A stretch of DNA of 64,000 nt from an uncultured Thermodesulfobacteriota bacterium (GCA_964478545.1 CAYZIS010000003.1:65941-129940); one strand, 5' to 3'; shown: positions 1 to 10,771, counted from the stretch's first letter. Translations and numbers: made by a program. The notes: generated from the sequence alone by a model not told the origin.

Positions 1-202
1 AAGATTCTCTGGGGTTCGCTTTCCTTTGTGAAACCGAAAAAGTGAAGGAATCTTTAATAGGAATGGAGCAACACTTTTTAAATTATCTTAAACCAGCCTT
101 CAATATTTCCCCGACTGCAGGGTCAAACATGGGGACAAAAAAGGCCCCCGATTTCTCAGGAGCCACAGCCCCATCTTCCATGGAAGGGGAGGCGGGGTAT
201 AG

Positions 203-622
203 TCAATCTTTTAATTTCACAGTATACTTTCCATCCTCTCTAAGTCCCGAGTAACCAACAATGGCACCAAGAGTAACTCTATAGCTTGCTATAGCAGATG
301 ATTGAGTATTCGGAATGATCAAAGTTTCGACTTTTGATTCGCCGGATCGAATATGTGACACCATGTCTTCTGCTTTTGCCAAGTAGTTTCCTTCCTTGTC
401 ATATACTTCTACATCAATCGCCCAATGTTTAATATTATCAGGTGTGCTGTTGATAAACCTAACGTCCATTCTCGCATGAGACGAAAGACTAGAACTCATG
501 TACAGCTTAAGGACCTCAACTTTCAGGGTTCCGCCCTTTGACTGAGCCATCGCTGGACTTACAAAAAAAACAGTTAAAAGAATCAATAAAACAAATTTTA
601 ATGCTAAAATTACAGTCCGCAT
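203..622 (-). CDS. secreted hypothetical protein (signal peptide)
   Basis: ORF 203..667. An internal Met at 622 begins MRTVILALKFVLLILLTVFFVSPAMA, a classic signal peptide. No recognisable domain. Confidence 0.35.
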   Translation of the reverse strand: MRTVILALKFVLLILLTVFFVSPAMAQSKGGTLKVEVLKLYMSSSLSSHARMDVRFINSTPDNIKHWAIDVEVYDKEGNYLAKAEDMVSHIRSGESKVETLIIPNTQSSAIASYRVTLGAIVGYSGLREDGKYTVKLKD

Positions 623-1189
623 TTGACCTCTTTTCAATCTGATAGAGTAAAGTAATAGTTTTTGCATTACACCATAATCCCTTCCTAGATTATTGGGAGA
701 AAGGCAAAAGGCTCAAATCGAACCTTCAGGGCGTTACCGCTTCCGGCTTCCATGACCAAGTTTATTATAAACAACAAAACCCATAACGGAGAGCCTCCCG
801 GATTTGAATTTTAAGCTTTTTTGGAATATACCCCTTGTACAATCATGTCAAGAATTATTCACCTTAAAACCGACCCCTGAGGATGCCCCACAAGGCACTT
901 TCTCTGAAGGGATAGGATAGATATACCCCCTGGTCGTTTTGTTTGCCACCTGGTAGATTGCTTCTCGATTTTCGGTCTTAGTTTTAGAGTGGTTTGAAAC
1001 CACCCTTAATTCTGCTAGATCGGCTTTAAGCTTCTTAACCTCTATCGGAATGATTTTCCGGCCCCGTATAACCCCGCATAATTCCCCAAATTCAGTTTTT
1101 CAATTTTGCACCCACAAACAAAAAGCTTACACTCGGTTTCCGGAAAGGGAAAACCCATACTTTTTGCCCCCCCACTGTCTGACAGCCGC

Positions 1190-1567
1190 CTAAAGACTCC
1201 ACCCCGTAACACGCCCATCCTGAACATAAACGTATCGTCGTCCAGCGCTACCGACAAGGGTTTTGTAGATATACTGCTTAGTTTCACGTCCGCCTGACAC
1301 ATGTCGATTAATTTTCGACAGTACATACCTATCGGCGAACATAGAAGCCACCGCTCCTACCCATTTCGGGTGCGGTCTCACTTCATCCATTCGCCCCCAT
1401 GATGCCAGCAGCGCGGCCTCTGACATCCCGGTCGCTATATTTCTCCATTTTATCAGCTCTTGCTCGCGCGGCGTGAACTGCGTCAAGTCTATTGGCGGAT
1501 ACATCCAGCTTGTCGCACATCCTCCCATCAATAAAACAAACACAATGCCGATCATTACTTTTCTCAT
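1190..1567 (-). CDS. lipoprotein, BamE(SmpA/OmlA)-like
   Basis: 125 aa. N-terminal lipobox (LLMGGC), a GMSEAALLASWGRMD motif and a C-terminal YVYVQDGRVTGW that resembles BamE. Weak match. Confidence 0.35.
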   Translation of the reverse strand: MRKVMIGIVFVLLMGGCATSWMYPPIDLTQFTPREQELIKWRNIATGMSEAALLASWGRMDEVRPHPKWVGAVASMFADRYVLSKINRHVSGGRETKQYIYKTLVGSAGRRYVYVQDGRVTGWSL

Positions 1568-1774
1568 GAGTGTTTCTCCTCAACAGATTTTTTGTTGAAT
1601 GAAAGTCAACGGGGGGTACTGGCGGCTAAGATAGCGGATATAAACCATGGAGATAACCGGTATTCTTTAGACCCGCCTCAAGGCGGACCTAAAACCTCAC
1701 AACCACAAGCCGCTGAAATGTGGAAAATTTTCCACAAATGGAAGGGAAAAAAAACCCGGCAAATTTAAGGTGAC

Positions 1775-2032
1775 ATGAAAAAACAATTTCCTTCATGCCC
1801 TGTCTGTGGGCGGATGCTTGCCGAAAAACAAGCTATTCAGGATGAGGCAAACCGGAAAAGAAGCGAGGCGGCGAAAGAACAACCACGGACAGAAGACGGT
1901 ACAAGGTTGGCAGAAAAAGACCAGGTAGTCCGACAGAGTGTCGGATCACCTGATAATCACACACCGCCAGCGACCAAAGCCAAAGCCAAGGCATCAAAGA
2001 CAAATGCCGGTGCGGTAGCTAGAGCGGGATAA
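1775..2032 (+). CDS. hypothetical small protein with CPVCG zinc-ribbon-like motif
   Basis: 85-aa ORF. Basic and low-complexity C-terminus. No homology recognised. Confidence 0.2.
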   Translation: MKKQFPSCPVCGRMLAEKQAIQDEANRKRSEAAKEQPRTEDGTRLAEKDQVVRQSVGSPDNHTPPATKAKAKASKTNAGAVARAG

Positions 2033-2176
2033 AAACAGATTCGAGAAAGGCTCCTGAGAGATCGGGGCCTTTTTTGTGTGCTCTTACATTTTCACAAAAC
2101 ACTTACAATGTACTTACACGTACCTTCCAAGAATAAAAAGGATTACGATCTGTTTGCTGTAACTATGCGGAATGAT

Positions 2177-2263
2177 TGGTGCCTGGAGCCGGAATCGAAC
2201 CGGCACGGTGAAACCACCGAGGGATTTTAAGTCCCTTGCGTCTACCAATTCCGCCATCCAGGC
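2177..2263 (-). tRNA. tRNA-Leu (anticodon TAA)
   Basis: Manual fold. The 7-bp acceptor stem gcctgga/tccaggc is followed by a discriminator and CCA. The anticodon stem-loop agggacTTAAAAtccct gives anticodon UAA. The T-loop is GTTCGATTC. The long variable arm is typical of Leu. Confidence 0.85.
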
Positions 2264-2452
2264 GTTAACCACTGATAAAATAAAGAAATCGCTTAAATCG
2301 GACTATCCGAGGCCAGAGGCCTCGGTGTTACACCCGATTTATGGCTACGCCACCGCGATTTCAAAAGCATTGCAAGGGCAAAACCGTCTACTTCTTACCG
2401 GGCCCTAAGGACCCGGTTTTGGTGTTAGAATAAACCTGAAGGAAAGTAGAGT

Positions 2453-2526
<74 letters not shown>

Positions 2527-2571
2527 ACCATAAAAAAATCAGCATATGGAATGCTGATCAGCCACCTGAAT

Positions 2572-2646
<75 letters not shown>

Positions 2647-2721
2647 CCTTGACTGTCAAATTCTTGAAGGTTTTTAAAGGATTATTCTCCAAAAGTCAAC
2701 AGAAAAAACTCACCGGTATTT

Positions 2722-3300
2722 TCATTCCTCTGGTCCATTAAAATATGGCAAGGCCTTATCAAAATACTGATAGCCGGTCCACCAGGTCAGTCCCAATGCC
2801 ATCCAGATGAAGATTGTTCCCACCACCTGGGCGTCAATGCCAAAAAGAGGGTAGTGAATCGTTAATGCCACTACTGCAACAATCTGGAAGATTGTCTTAT
2901 ATTTTGCCAAATGACTTGCATCGATAATGACTCCATGCTCAGCTACGACCGCTCGCAGACCGGTAATTGCTATCTCGCGACAGAGTATTAAGCAAACAAT
3001 CCATGCCGGTACCCGGCCCAGAAATACCAGCATCACCATGGTGGTAACCAGCAAAATCTTATCGGCTACCGGATCCAGCAATTTTCCGAAAGAAGTAACC
3101 AGCTGATACTTTCTAGCCAGATATCCATCAAGAGCATCAGTTACGGCCGCGGCAATAATGAGCAGAGCGGTAAAAAAGTTTATGATCCGTGAATCAAAAT
3201 AAAGCAGGAATATCAGCAGTGGAACTACTGCAATACGAGAAAAAGTCAGAATATTCGGCAAGTTTCTCTTTTGGGAAAAAAATTCTAATATTTTAGCCAC
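2722..3300 (-). CDS. pgsA: CDP-diacylglycerol--glycerol-3-phosphate 3-phosphatidyltransferase
   Basis: 192 aa. CDP-alcohol phosphatidyltransferase motif DALDGYLARK and multiple TM helices. It lies next to a tRNA-Gly/Cys/Leu cluster, as pgsA-glyW-cysT-leuZ does in E. coli. Confidence 0.85.
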   Translation of the reverse strand: MAKILEFFSQKRNLPNILTFSRIAVVPLLIFLLYFDSRIINFFTALLIIAAAVTDALDGYLARKYQLVTSFGKLLDPVADKILLVTTMVMLVFLGRVPAWIVCLILCREIAITGLRAVVAEHGVIIDASHLAKYKTIFQIVAVVALTIHYPLFGIDAQVVGTIFIWMALGLTWWTGYQYFDKALPYFNGPEE

Positions 3301-3302
3301 AA

Positions 3303-3599
3303 TTATAAATTCTCACTTAAAAATTTTCTATTGATTTTCTCTTTCAATTCTTTGCCAACTTTGAAGAATGGTAATTTTTTGGGAGGCACCTCAATCGAAG
3401 CGCCGGTTTTAGGATTGCGCCCGGTGTATGATGCATAATGCTCAATATGAAAACTGCCAAAGCCTCTCAATTCTATCCGGTCATTATTAATAAGAGCATC
3501 TTTCATGGAATTAACTATCAGATTAATGATGGTTTCAGCAACCTTGCTGTGTAAATTAGCCTGAACAGCAAGTTCCTCGATCATTTCAGATTTATTCAT
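3303..3599 (-). CDS. HU/IHF-family DNA-binding protein (IHF beta-like)
   Basis: 98 aa. HU/IHF-fold signatures RIELRGFGSF and GRNPKTGASIEVP. Its stop abuts the pgsA start. Confidence 0.75.
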   Translation of the reverse strand: MNKSEMIEELAVQANLHSKVAETIINLIVNSMKDALINNDRIELRGFGSFHIEHYASYTGRNPKTGASIEVPPKKLPFFKVGKELKEKINRKFLSENL

Positions 3600-3811
3600 G
3601 CACCCCCCTGAAAAAATACTTTGGAGTTATTAAGTTATCATTACAGCTATTTAAGAATAACAAGATAATGCAATCCATGAACTATAACTCAATTTTATCT
3701 ATGAAAACAAAATTTCTAATATCGATTTTACTGAATAGTGTCAAGAAAAAAAGGAGAAATAACTATTTTTATTGCAGAAAATAACATTTGTGAACATTGA
3801 AACACCATAAA

Positions 3812-5131
3812 TCACCTTTTCCTAAAGTATATTCTTATAGGTATTCCATCAAGATCGAGATATTCCATCATCTTTTTCTTCAGATAGCGGATATATGATG
3901 GTTTTATTCCCGTTACTATATTGCAGAAAATAACAAAGGCTGGAGGCATACCGGAAATTTGGGTAATATAATAAAATTTCAATGGGTGATGATAAATCAA
4001 CGGGTGCTGATGTTGAGTGGTGATTTCTTTGAGCATTCGGTTCAGTTTCCCCGTTGTTACCTTGGTATGAAGTTGTTTGTCCAGTTTTTCCAACAGCGGG
4101 AATATCTTCTTAACCCCACGGTTTTGAACCACTGAGACTCTCATTGCATTTGGTTTATAGATAAAGGGCAACCGGTCCTGGAGGAGGTTCATCATTATTT
4201 TCCCGCTAAAATCTTTAGCCTCCGGCAAATCAATTTTATTAAAAACGAAAACTATGGTTTTGTTTTTTTCATGAGCCAGTGCAGCAATCCGAATATCCTG
4301 ATCAGTAATTCCCACTGTAGCGTCAACCATCAGTAGAACTATCTGGGCAAAATCGATACTGCGAATCGTGGCAACATTCCCATAACCTTCGACCCGCTCA
4401 CGAACCCTGGCTTTTTTTCTTAAACCGGCAGTATCAAAAAAGCGGTAATGATGATCGTTGACCGTAAGAGGGACTTCTATGGCGTCCATCGTTGTTCCTG
4501 GCTGATTGTTGGTCACCAGCCGTTTTTCCCCCAGAAGCTGGTTCAGTAGTGATGATTTGCCAACATTGGGCTTCCCAACCACCGCTATTCTCAGCCGTTG
4601 ATCCCGGATTTTGCCAGGTTCTTTATCCATTGCCGCAAGGTCAGCGGTAACATCATCCATCAATTCACCGATTCCCAGCCCATGGGCGGTTGAAATGGAA
4701 TAATATCTCTCCATTCCCAAACGGTAAAAATCAACACTGGCATCGTGGTACTGTTGGGACTCAAGTTTATTTACCACCCAGAAAATCTTTTTCCTGGTTT
4801 TACGCAAATAAAGTGCCAGGTTTTCATCTTCAGCCATAACACCATCTTTGCCATCCATGAGGAATATAATTATATCCGCTTCGTCGACCGCCATCATACT
4901 CTGCCTGGATATGTCAGCCTGCAGGTTGGCTTCCTGATCGAAAATCATACCACCGGTATCAACTACCAGAAATTCTTTTTCATTCCACACGGCATCTGCA
5001 AAAATACGGTCGCGGGTTACCCCGGGAGAATCGGCAACGATGGCCTTTCTTTTTCGGACAAGCCGGTTGAAAAAAGTTGATTTGCCAACATTAGGTCGGC
5101 CGATGATAGCAATGCAAGGTTTCATCAACAC
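3812..5131 (-). CDS. der: ribosome biogenesis GTPase Der (EngA)
   Basis: 439 aa with two tandem GTPase domains (GRPNVGKST and GKPNVGKSS P-loops) and a KH-like C-terminus. Confidence 0.9.
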   Translation of the reverse strand: MLMKPCIAIIGRPNVGKSTFFNRLVRKRKAIVADSPGVTRDRIFADAVWNEKEFLVVDTGGMIFDQEANLQADISRQSMMAVDEADIIIFLMDGKDGVMAEDENLALYLRKTRKKIFWVVNKLESQQYHDASVDFYRLGMERYYSISTAHGLGIGELMDDVTADLAAMDKEPGKIRDQRLRIAVVGKPNVGKSSLLNQLLGEKRLVTNNQPGTTMDAIEVPLTVNDHHYRFFDTAGLRKKARVRERVEGYGNVATIRSIDFAQIVLLMVDATVGITDQDIRIAALAHEKNKTIVFVFNKIDLPEAKDFSGKIMMNLLQDRLPFIYKPNAMRVSVVQNRGVKKIFPLLEKLDKQLHTKVTTGKLNRMLKEITTQHQHPLIYHHPLKFYYITQISGMPPAFVIFCNIVTGIKPSYIRYLKKKMMEYLDLDGIPIRIYFRKR

Positions 5132-7128
5132 ATTTTCCTTCGACGATAGTGACGACCTGTCTTATGGCCGTTAAATGTTTTTTTGCCACTTTTGCTGCGT
5201 TCACCCTCAGGGAGGCATAAATCAAGACGGCATCTCACCGGGTCCACCCCCGCCAGGCATATCTGCAGGCGATCTCCGATGGTATAAATTTTTCCACTTT
5301 GCTCACCAATGGCATGGAAACGATCCTCCTGGACAACATAATAATCATCCAGATTACGAAAAGGCAACAAGCCGTCTGCCAATATCTTCTCAAGGGTGAT
5401 AAACAGACCAGCTTCACTGATACCGGAAATAAGTCCGCTGAACATTTCATCAGCGTGTTTTTCAAGATAAAAAAGTTTTTTTACCATTAATGAAGTTCTT
5501 TCGGCCTCAACAGCTAATCGTTCCCGGTTGGACAGTTCCTCACCGATACTGACCAATTTATCGATCGGGATATTCCCTTCTTTATAATTTTCAGGCCACA
5601 GATGCGCCTTGAGTAATCGCTGGACCATCAGGTCAGGATAGCGTCGGATGGGCGAAGTAAAATGCGTATAGTGTTTCAATGCAAGACCGAAATGACCGCA
5701 ATTGGTCGGGCTGTAACAGGCTTTCTGCATAATCTGCAACAACATTTTGTTGATAACCGGTGCCACGGGCAGGTGAGCGGCCTGAAGAAGCAACTCCTGG
5801 AAAGCCCGTGGGTGAACAGAGCGCCAGCCTTTAAGAGATAAACTGAAGCATTTCAAAGTTTCCAGCAACTGAGCAATCTTTTTAGCTTCCGGATGCGGGT
5901 GAATTCGGTAGAGCAGGGGAGATTCCAGCCAGGTCAGATGGGTCGCCACCGTCTCATTAGCCGACAACATGAATTCCTCAATCAACTGGTGAGCAATGGT
6001 ATGCGGGACCGGTCTGATTTCTTCAATATTTCCCTGAACGTCAAATAAAATATTCGCTTCCGGCAGGTCAAAATCTATACTGCCCCGTTTGCAACGCTGT
6101 TTTTTCAGTAATTGGCATAGCTTTTCCATTAATTGCAGCTCGCCGACCGTATTGTGATATCGGGCAGGCAGAGATTTGGCGTCAATCCTTCCTTCCAGTA
6201 CCCCGGCAGCCATAGTATAGGTCCATCTGGCTTTACTGTTGATAACCGAGGGACAAAAATATTCCTTGATCCGACATCCGGCATCATCAAATTCCATCAC
6301 TACTGTAATGGTCAGCCGATCCTGCCCCGGCTGTAGGCTGCAAATACCATTTGAAAGCTCTGCCGGCAACATGGGGATGCAACGATTGGGGAAGTAGATG
6401 CTGGTGCCGCGCCGGTAGGCTTCCTGATCAAGAATAGAGCATGGTTTCACATAATGACTGACATCGGCAATGCTGACATATAAACGGAAACTGCCATCAT
6501 TAAGTTGATCGACGGCCACCGCATCATCAAAATCCCTGGCGGTATCGCCATCAATGGTAATAAACTGTTTGTGACGGAAATCAGTTCTTTTTTTCAGATC
6601 CGATTTACAGACTGGAACCGCAAGCTCTTTTGCCAACTGTCTGCTACCCCGGGGAAAGCGCCGGGGGGGTTGGTAGCGGTGGATGATTAACTGATCATCA
6701 ACCCCGGGATTATGAAACTTGCCCAATATCCGCTCAACCACAACATAACCAGGTTGATCATAGGAAGGGTAACGGGTAATACGGGTAATAACTGCATCAC
6801 CATCATTCAAGTTTTCAGATTCTTGTCCATCAAGCTTAAAACGGTCAATGGCCGGAAGGGCGAAAGGAATAACAAATAAACTATTATTTTCTGCGGAGAT
6901 AACTCCGGCAATGGTTGACAGCGCCCGGCTGATGATCTTTACTGGTGTAACCTGCAGTCGCCTACGCCGGTCAGCCCGCAGAGATGCTGTAATCCGATCA
7001 CCATCCATAAAGCGATATTGCAACTGATGATGATAGGATAATTTAAGCGGTAAGGCGCCATCAACATCGCGGATAAAAAATGCAGATCTGTTTCTGACTT
7101 TTATGGTTCCTGCTACAGTTTTTTCCAT
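5125..7128 (-). CDS. rnr: ribonuclease R
   Basis: 667 aa. RNB catalytic domain (ITIDGDTARDFDDAV), a cold-shock-like N-terminus and a basic C-terminal tail. It overlaps the der start by 7 nt. Confidence 0.85.
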   Translation of the reverse strand: MEKTVAGTIKVRNRSAFFIRDVDGALPLKLSYHHQLQYRFMDGDRITASLRADRRRRLQVTPVKIISRALSTIAGVISAENNSLFVIPFALPAIDRFKLDGQESENLNDGDAVITRITRYPSYDQPGYVVVERILGKFHNPGVDDQLIIHRYQPPRRFPRGSRQLAKELAVPVCKSDLKKRTDFRHKQFITIDGDTARDFDDAVAVDQLNDGSFRLYVSIADVSHYVKPCSILDQEAYRRGTSIYFPNRCIPMLPAELSNGICSLQPGQDRLTITVVMEFDDAGCRIKEYFCPSVINSKARWTYTMAAGVLEGRIDAKSLPARYHNTVGELQLMEKLCQLLKKQRCKRGSIDFDLPEANILFDVQGNIEEIRPVPHTIAHQLIEEFMLSANETVATHLTWLESPLLYRIHPHPEAKKIAQLLETLKCFSLSLKGWRSVHPRAFQELLLQAAHLPVAPVINKMLLQIMQKACYSPTNCGHFGLALKHYTHFTSPIRRYPDLMVQRLLKAHLWPENYKEGNIPIDKLVSIGEELSNRERLAVEAERTSLMVKKLFYLEKHADEMFSGLISGISEAGLFITLEKILADGLLPFRNLDDYYVVQEDRFHAIGEQSGKIYTIGDRLQICLAGVDPVRCRLDLCLPEGERSKSGKKTFNGHKTGRHYRRRKMC

Positions 7129-7172
7129 TAAAAACGATCATATAACAAATTACCATGTTTGGCAATAACTGA

Positions 7173-7418
7173 CTAGAATTCCGATATAAGGAAATTTTTG
7201 CAGGATGTCCAATTGAAGTTACTTCCGGCGCGACATCGTGAGGATAGCCCGTTGTTTTTTCCGGCGAATGGAGCACAGAAATTGACCTGTCTGAGCCCAA
7301 AGGGCGAGTTTGGCAATTTCGGTGTAATGAGCCGTTGAAAAAACAGGCAATAGAGCGCAAAAAAGCGCCTGAAGTAACTTCAGTTGACAAAATATAAGAC
7401 CTTATATCGGAATTCCAG
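7173..7418. mobile_element. MITE copy 1, GGAATTC-TIR family (non-autonomous)
   Basis: 246-bp element. Terminal inverted repeats ctagaattccgatataagg / ccttatatcggaattccag. Flanked by a 9-bp direct repeat AATAACTGA (7164-7172 and 7419-7427). No coding capacity. Confidence 0.7.
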
Positions 7419-7604
7419 AATAACTGACTTTTTGCCGGCCGGCTTCCGGTTTTACCTTGAAAAACAATGGGTGAGTATGATACTAACACAATCCGTTCTG
7501 GACCATATAATTGTGGATAATAACCAACCGCTGACCGCTTGGTTGTGCGGCGTTAAAACCTGTATGTTAACTTCCACTTAAATTAGGGAGAGATTCGATC
7601 AAAT

Positions 7605-9542
7605 ATGAAAAGGAATAAAGAACTTAAGCCGTTTTATAAAAATTTGGCCCTCTGGCTGGTTATAAGCTTGATTATGATCATGGTTTTTAATGTATTTAAC
7701 AGTCCCAAGGTTGGCCAACATGATATTATTTTCAGTGATTTCATTGAACTGGTTAATAATGGCCAGATTCAAGAAGTGACTATCCAGGGGCACAACATAA
7801 GCGGGCATTATGGCACAAACACCTTTAAAACCTACGCCCCGGATGACCCGAGTTTGATTGAACTGCTGCGTAGCAAGGGGGTTAAAATCTCGGCCAAACC
7901 CGAAGATGCTGCCCCCATATGGCAGACGCTGATCATTTCCTGGTTCCCCATGCTGCTGCTTATCGGAGTCTGGATTTTCTTTATGCGCCAGATGCAGGGA
8001 GGTGGTGGCAAAGCCATGTCCTTTGGTAAAAGTCGGGCCAAGCTGCTGACAGAAGACCAGAAAAAATTTACCTTTAAAGATGTTGCCGGAAGTGAAGAGG
8101 CTAAGGCAGAGCTGGAAGAAATCATAAATTTCCTCCGGGATCCTAAAAAATTTACCCGCCTTGGTGGTAAAATACCTAAAGGAGTCTTGCTGGTTGGTCC
8201 TCCTGGTACCGGAAAAACATTGATGGCCAAAGCGGTAGCAGGTGAGGCTGAAGTTCCCTTTTTCAGTATCAGTGGTTCCGATTTTGTCGAAATGTTTGTG
8301 GGTGTCGGGGCTTCCAGGGTACGTGACCTCTTTAACCAGGGCAAGAAAAATGCTCCTTGCCTGATTTTTATTGATGAAATTGATGCTGTGGGCCGTCATC
8401 GGGGGGCTGGCCTGGGTGGTGGGCATGATGAACGGGAACAAACCTTAAATCAGCTGCTGGTGGAAATGGATGGCTTTGAATCCAATGAAGGGGTTATCCT
8501 GATTGCGGCAACCAACCGGCCGGATGTTCTGGACCCGGCACTTTTGAGAGCAGGCAGATTTGACCGCCAGGTTGTGGTTCCGGTACCGGATGTCAAAGGT
8601 CGCGAAGGTATTCTGCGGGTCCATGCTCGAAATGTTCCTCTGGATGATAAGGTAGATTTTAAAATAGTTGCCCGTGGAACCCCTGGATTTACCGGGGCCG
8701 ATTTAGCCAATCTCATTAATGAAGCCACCTTGCTGGCAGCTAAGAAGAATAAAAACAAGGTTGAGATGGATGACATGGAGGAGGCCAAAGACAAGGTCCT
8801 GATGGGTGCTGAACGCCGGAGTCTGGTCATCAGCCCCGAGGAAAAGAAGAACACTGCTTTTCATGAAGCGGGCCATACTCTGGTTGCCCGTTTTCTACCC
8901 GGGACTGATCCGATACATAAAGTTACCATTATTCCCCGGGGCAGAGCTTTAGGCCTTACTCAGCAGCTACCCATTGACGAGCGCCACGGTTATTATAAAG
9001 ATTTTCTGCTCAACAATATTGCGGTACTCATGGGTGGTCGGGCAGCCGAAGAGCTGGTTTTTAATCATTTCAGTACCGGGGCAGGCAATGATATTGAACG
9101 GGCCACCAAACTGGCCAGGAAAATGATCTGTGAATGGGGAATGGGCAAAATGGGCCCGGTAAGTTTCGGGAAAAAAGAGGAACATATTTTTCTGGGCCGG
9201 GAAATGGCCAACGCGAAAGATTATAGTGAAAAAACGGCGATGGAAATAGATGATGAAATTAAGGAAATCGTCTACGCATCCTATGCCAAAGCATCGGATA
9301 TCCTAAAGCATAAGCGTAAAGAGCTTGATGAACTGGCCAATGTTTTGCTGGAAAAAGAATCGTTGAACGGTGATGAAGTTGATCAAATAATCGGATTAAA
9401 AGAAGCATCAACAGAACCAGCATCTTCTTCTATACCATCCGGTGATCCTGAAGAAACCGCAGAGAAGGAAAATCCGCCAGAAAAAGAAGGTATTTCCAGT
9501 CAGAATGTCACTGAGTTATCGCAAGGAGATATCGAGAGCTGA
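7605..9542 (+). CDS. ftsH: ATP-dependent zinc metalloprotease FtsH
   Basis: 645 aa. N-terminal TM helices, an AAA Walker A (GPPGTGKT), a second region of homology, and the zinc motif HEAGH. Confidence 0.95.
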   Translation: MKRNKELKPFYKNLALWLVISLIMIMVFNVFNSPKVGQHDIIFSDFIELVNNGQIQEVTIQGHNISGHYGTNTFKTYAPDDPSLIELLRSKGVKISAKPEDAAPIWQTLIISWFPMLLLIGVWIFFMRQMQGGGGKAMSFGKSRAKLLTEDQKKFTFKDVAGSEEAKAELEEIINFLRDPKKFTRLGGKIPKGVLLVGPPGTGKTLMAKAVAGEAEVPFFSISGSDFVEMFVGVGASRVRDLFNQGKKNAPCLIFIDEIDAVGRHRGAGLGGGHDEREQTLNQLLVEMDGFESNEGVILIAATNRPDVLDPALLRAGRFDRQVVVPVPDVKGREGILRVHARNVPLDDKVDFKIVARGTPGFTGADLANLINEATLLAAKKNKNKVEMDDMEEAKDKVLMGAERRSLVISPEEKKNTAFHEAGHTLVARFLPGTDPIHKVTIIPRGRALGLTQQLPIDERHGYYKDFLLNNIAVLMGGRAAEELVFNHFSTGAGNDIERATKLARKMICEWGMGKMGPVSFGKKEEHIFLGREMANAKDYSEKTAMEIDDEIKEIVYASYAKASDILKHKRKELDELANVLLEKESLNGDEVDQIIGLKEASTEPASSSIPSGDPEETAEKENPPEKEGISSQNVTELSQGDIES

Positions 9543-10771
9543 TGAGAAAATTCTTTGTTCATTTTCAGGACATTTCCAAGCCCGAGGAAGCAGCAGCCAT
9601 TATTCGGCAGATTGGTACGGATGTTCATGGTGTAAGTCTGATGAAAAATAAGATGGTCCATTATACTTTAAGGGTTGGACCGTTACCGGCCAGGGCTGCC
9701 AATATTGTCAAACAGGAGATGCTATCAGTGGGTGGTGATGCCGCGGTTGCCCGGGGGGTTATTGATTGCAGCGCTCCTGACGGAGCGGTTTTGTTAAGTG
9801 CCACCAGAAAACAGTTCCGGCGGTTCCTGCAGAAAATGCGGGCCCAGCCATTTTCCCTGCCCCGACTGGCTGACCAAATTCAACAGGTGATCTCCCATTA
9901 TGAAACCTCCCGTCCTTTGATCTTTAGCTGTCGAAGTATTGAAGCAGATTTGCGACGACAAACCCTGATCATGGGCATCTTAAATGTGACCCCGGACTCA
10001 TTTTCAGATGGAAGCCTGTTTCAGAATAAGGAATCAGCACTGAAACAGGCCTTAATGATGATTTCCGAGGGAGCGCAGATTATTGATGTTGGTGGAGAAT
10101 CAACCCGGCCGGGGGCGGTAAAAATGACTTTAGAACAAGAGCTTGAACGAGTCATTCCGGTCATTGAAGCACTCCGGGCTGAAAGGGATGATATCCCTAT
10201 CTCCATCGATACCTATAAAAGTCAGGTGGCCCGTGAAGCCCTGAAGGCCGGAGCTGATATGGTTAATGATATCAGTGGTTGTCATTTTGATGCGGACATG
10301 GCAGAAACGGTTGCCAAGGCTGAGGCTTTCCTTTGTCTTATGCATATCAAGGGCACACCTGACAACATGCAGGTAAATCCTGAATATGATGATGTTATTG
10401 AAGAGATTATGACCTACCTTGAAGAGGGTATTGACATTGCCCTTGAGCAAGGAATTGCAAAGGAAAAGCTTATTATTGATCCGGGCATTGGTTTTGGGAA
10501 AAATATTGATCATAATCTTACGATTCTGAAATACCTGCGTGAATTTCAGGCTTTTGGATTGCCGGTTTTAATAGGTACTTCCCGAAAATCTTTTATTGGT
10601 AGACTCACCGGCAAAGAAGTAAATGATCGCCTGGCTGGGACGGTTGCCAGTGTGGCTCCGGCTATCTTGAACGGCGCCAATATTGTCCGGGTTCATGATA
10701 TTGAAGCAACCAAAGATGCTGTGCTGGTAGTTGATGCTATTCGAAGTGCTGAACGTTATCCTCAACCATGA
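9542..10771 (+). CDS. folP: dihydropteroate synthase with ~130-aa N-terminal extension
   Basis: The C-terminal 280 aa are a Pterin_bind/DHPS domain (GILNVTPDSFSDGS, IIDVGGESTRPG). The start overlaps the ftsH stop (TGATG). Confidence 0.85.
   Translation: MRKFFVHFQDISKPEEAAAIIRQIGTDVHGVSLMKNKMVHYTLRVGPLPARAANIVKQEMLSVGGDAAVARGVIDCSAPDGAVLLSATRKQFRRFLQKMRAQPFSLPRLADQIQQVISHYETSRPLIFSCRSIEADLRRQTLIMGILNVTPDSFSDGSLFQNKESALKQALMMISEGAQIIDVGGESTRPGAVKMTLEQELERVIPVIEALRAERDDIPISIDTYKSQVAREALKAGADMVNDISGCHFDADMAETVAKAEAFLCLMHIKGTPDNMQVNPEYDDVIEEIMTYLEEGIDIALEQGIAKEKLIIDPGIGFGKNIDHNLTILKYLREFQAFGLPVLIGTSRKSFIGRLTGKEVNDRLAGTVASVAPAILNGANIVRVHDIEATKDAVLVVDAIRSAERYPQP

Noticed and set aside
42-254. 70-aa plus-strand ORF at the window start
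   Set aside because: It overlaps the better-supported minus-strand secreted-protein gene. Low-complexity composition.
760-800. tRNA-like 3' end (gagcctcccggatttgaa)
   Set aside because: No acceptor stem, D-arm or anticodon arm could be folded. It only resembles a T-loop.
7061-7489. 142-aa minus-strand ORF upstream of rnr
   Set aside because: It lies almost entirely inside the 245-bp MITE (7173-7418). The same ORF-like reading exists in the other MITE copy. It is repeat DNA, not a gene.
7599-8854. Long antisense ORFs (280, 170 and 134 aa) inside ftsH
   Set aside because: They are opposite the unmistakable FtsH reading frame and have low-complexity, Ser/Pro/Arg-rich composition typical of antisense frames in GC-rich coding DNA.
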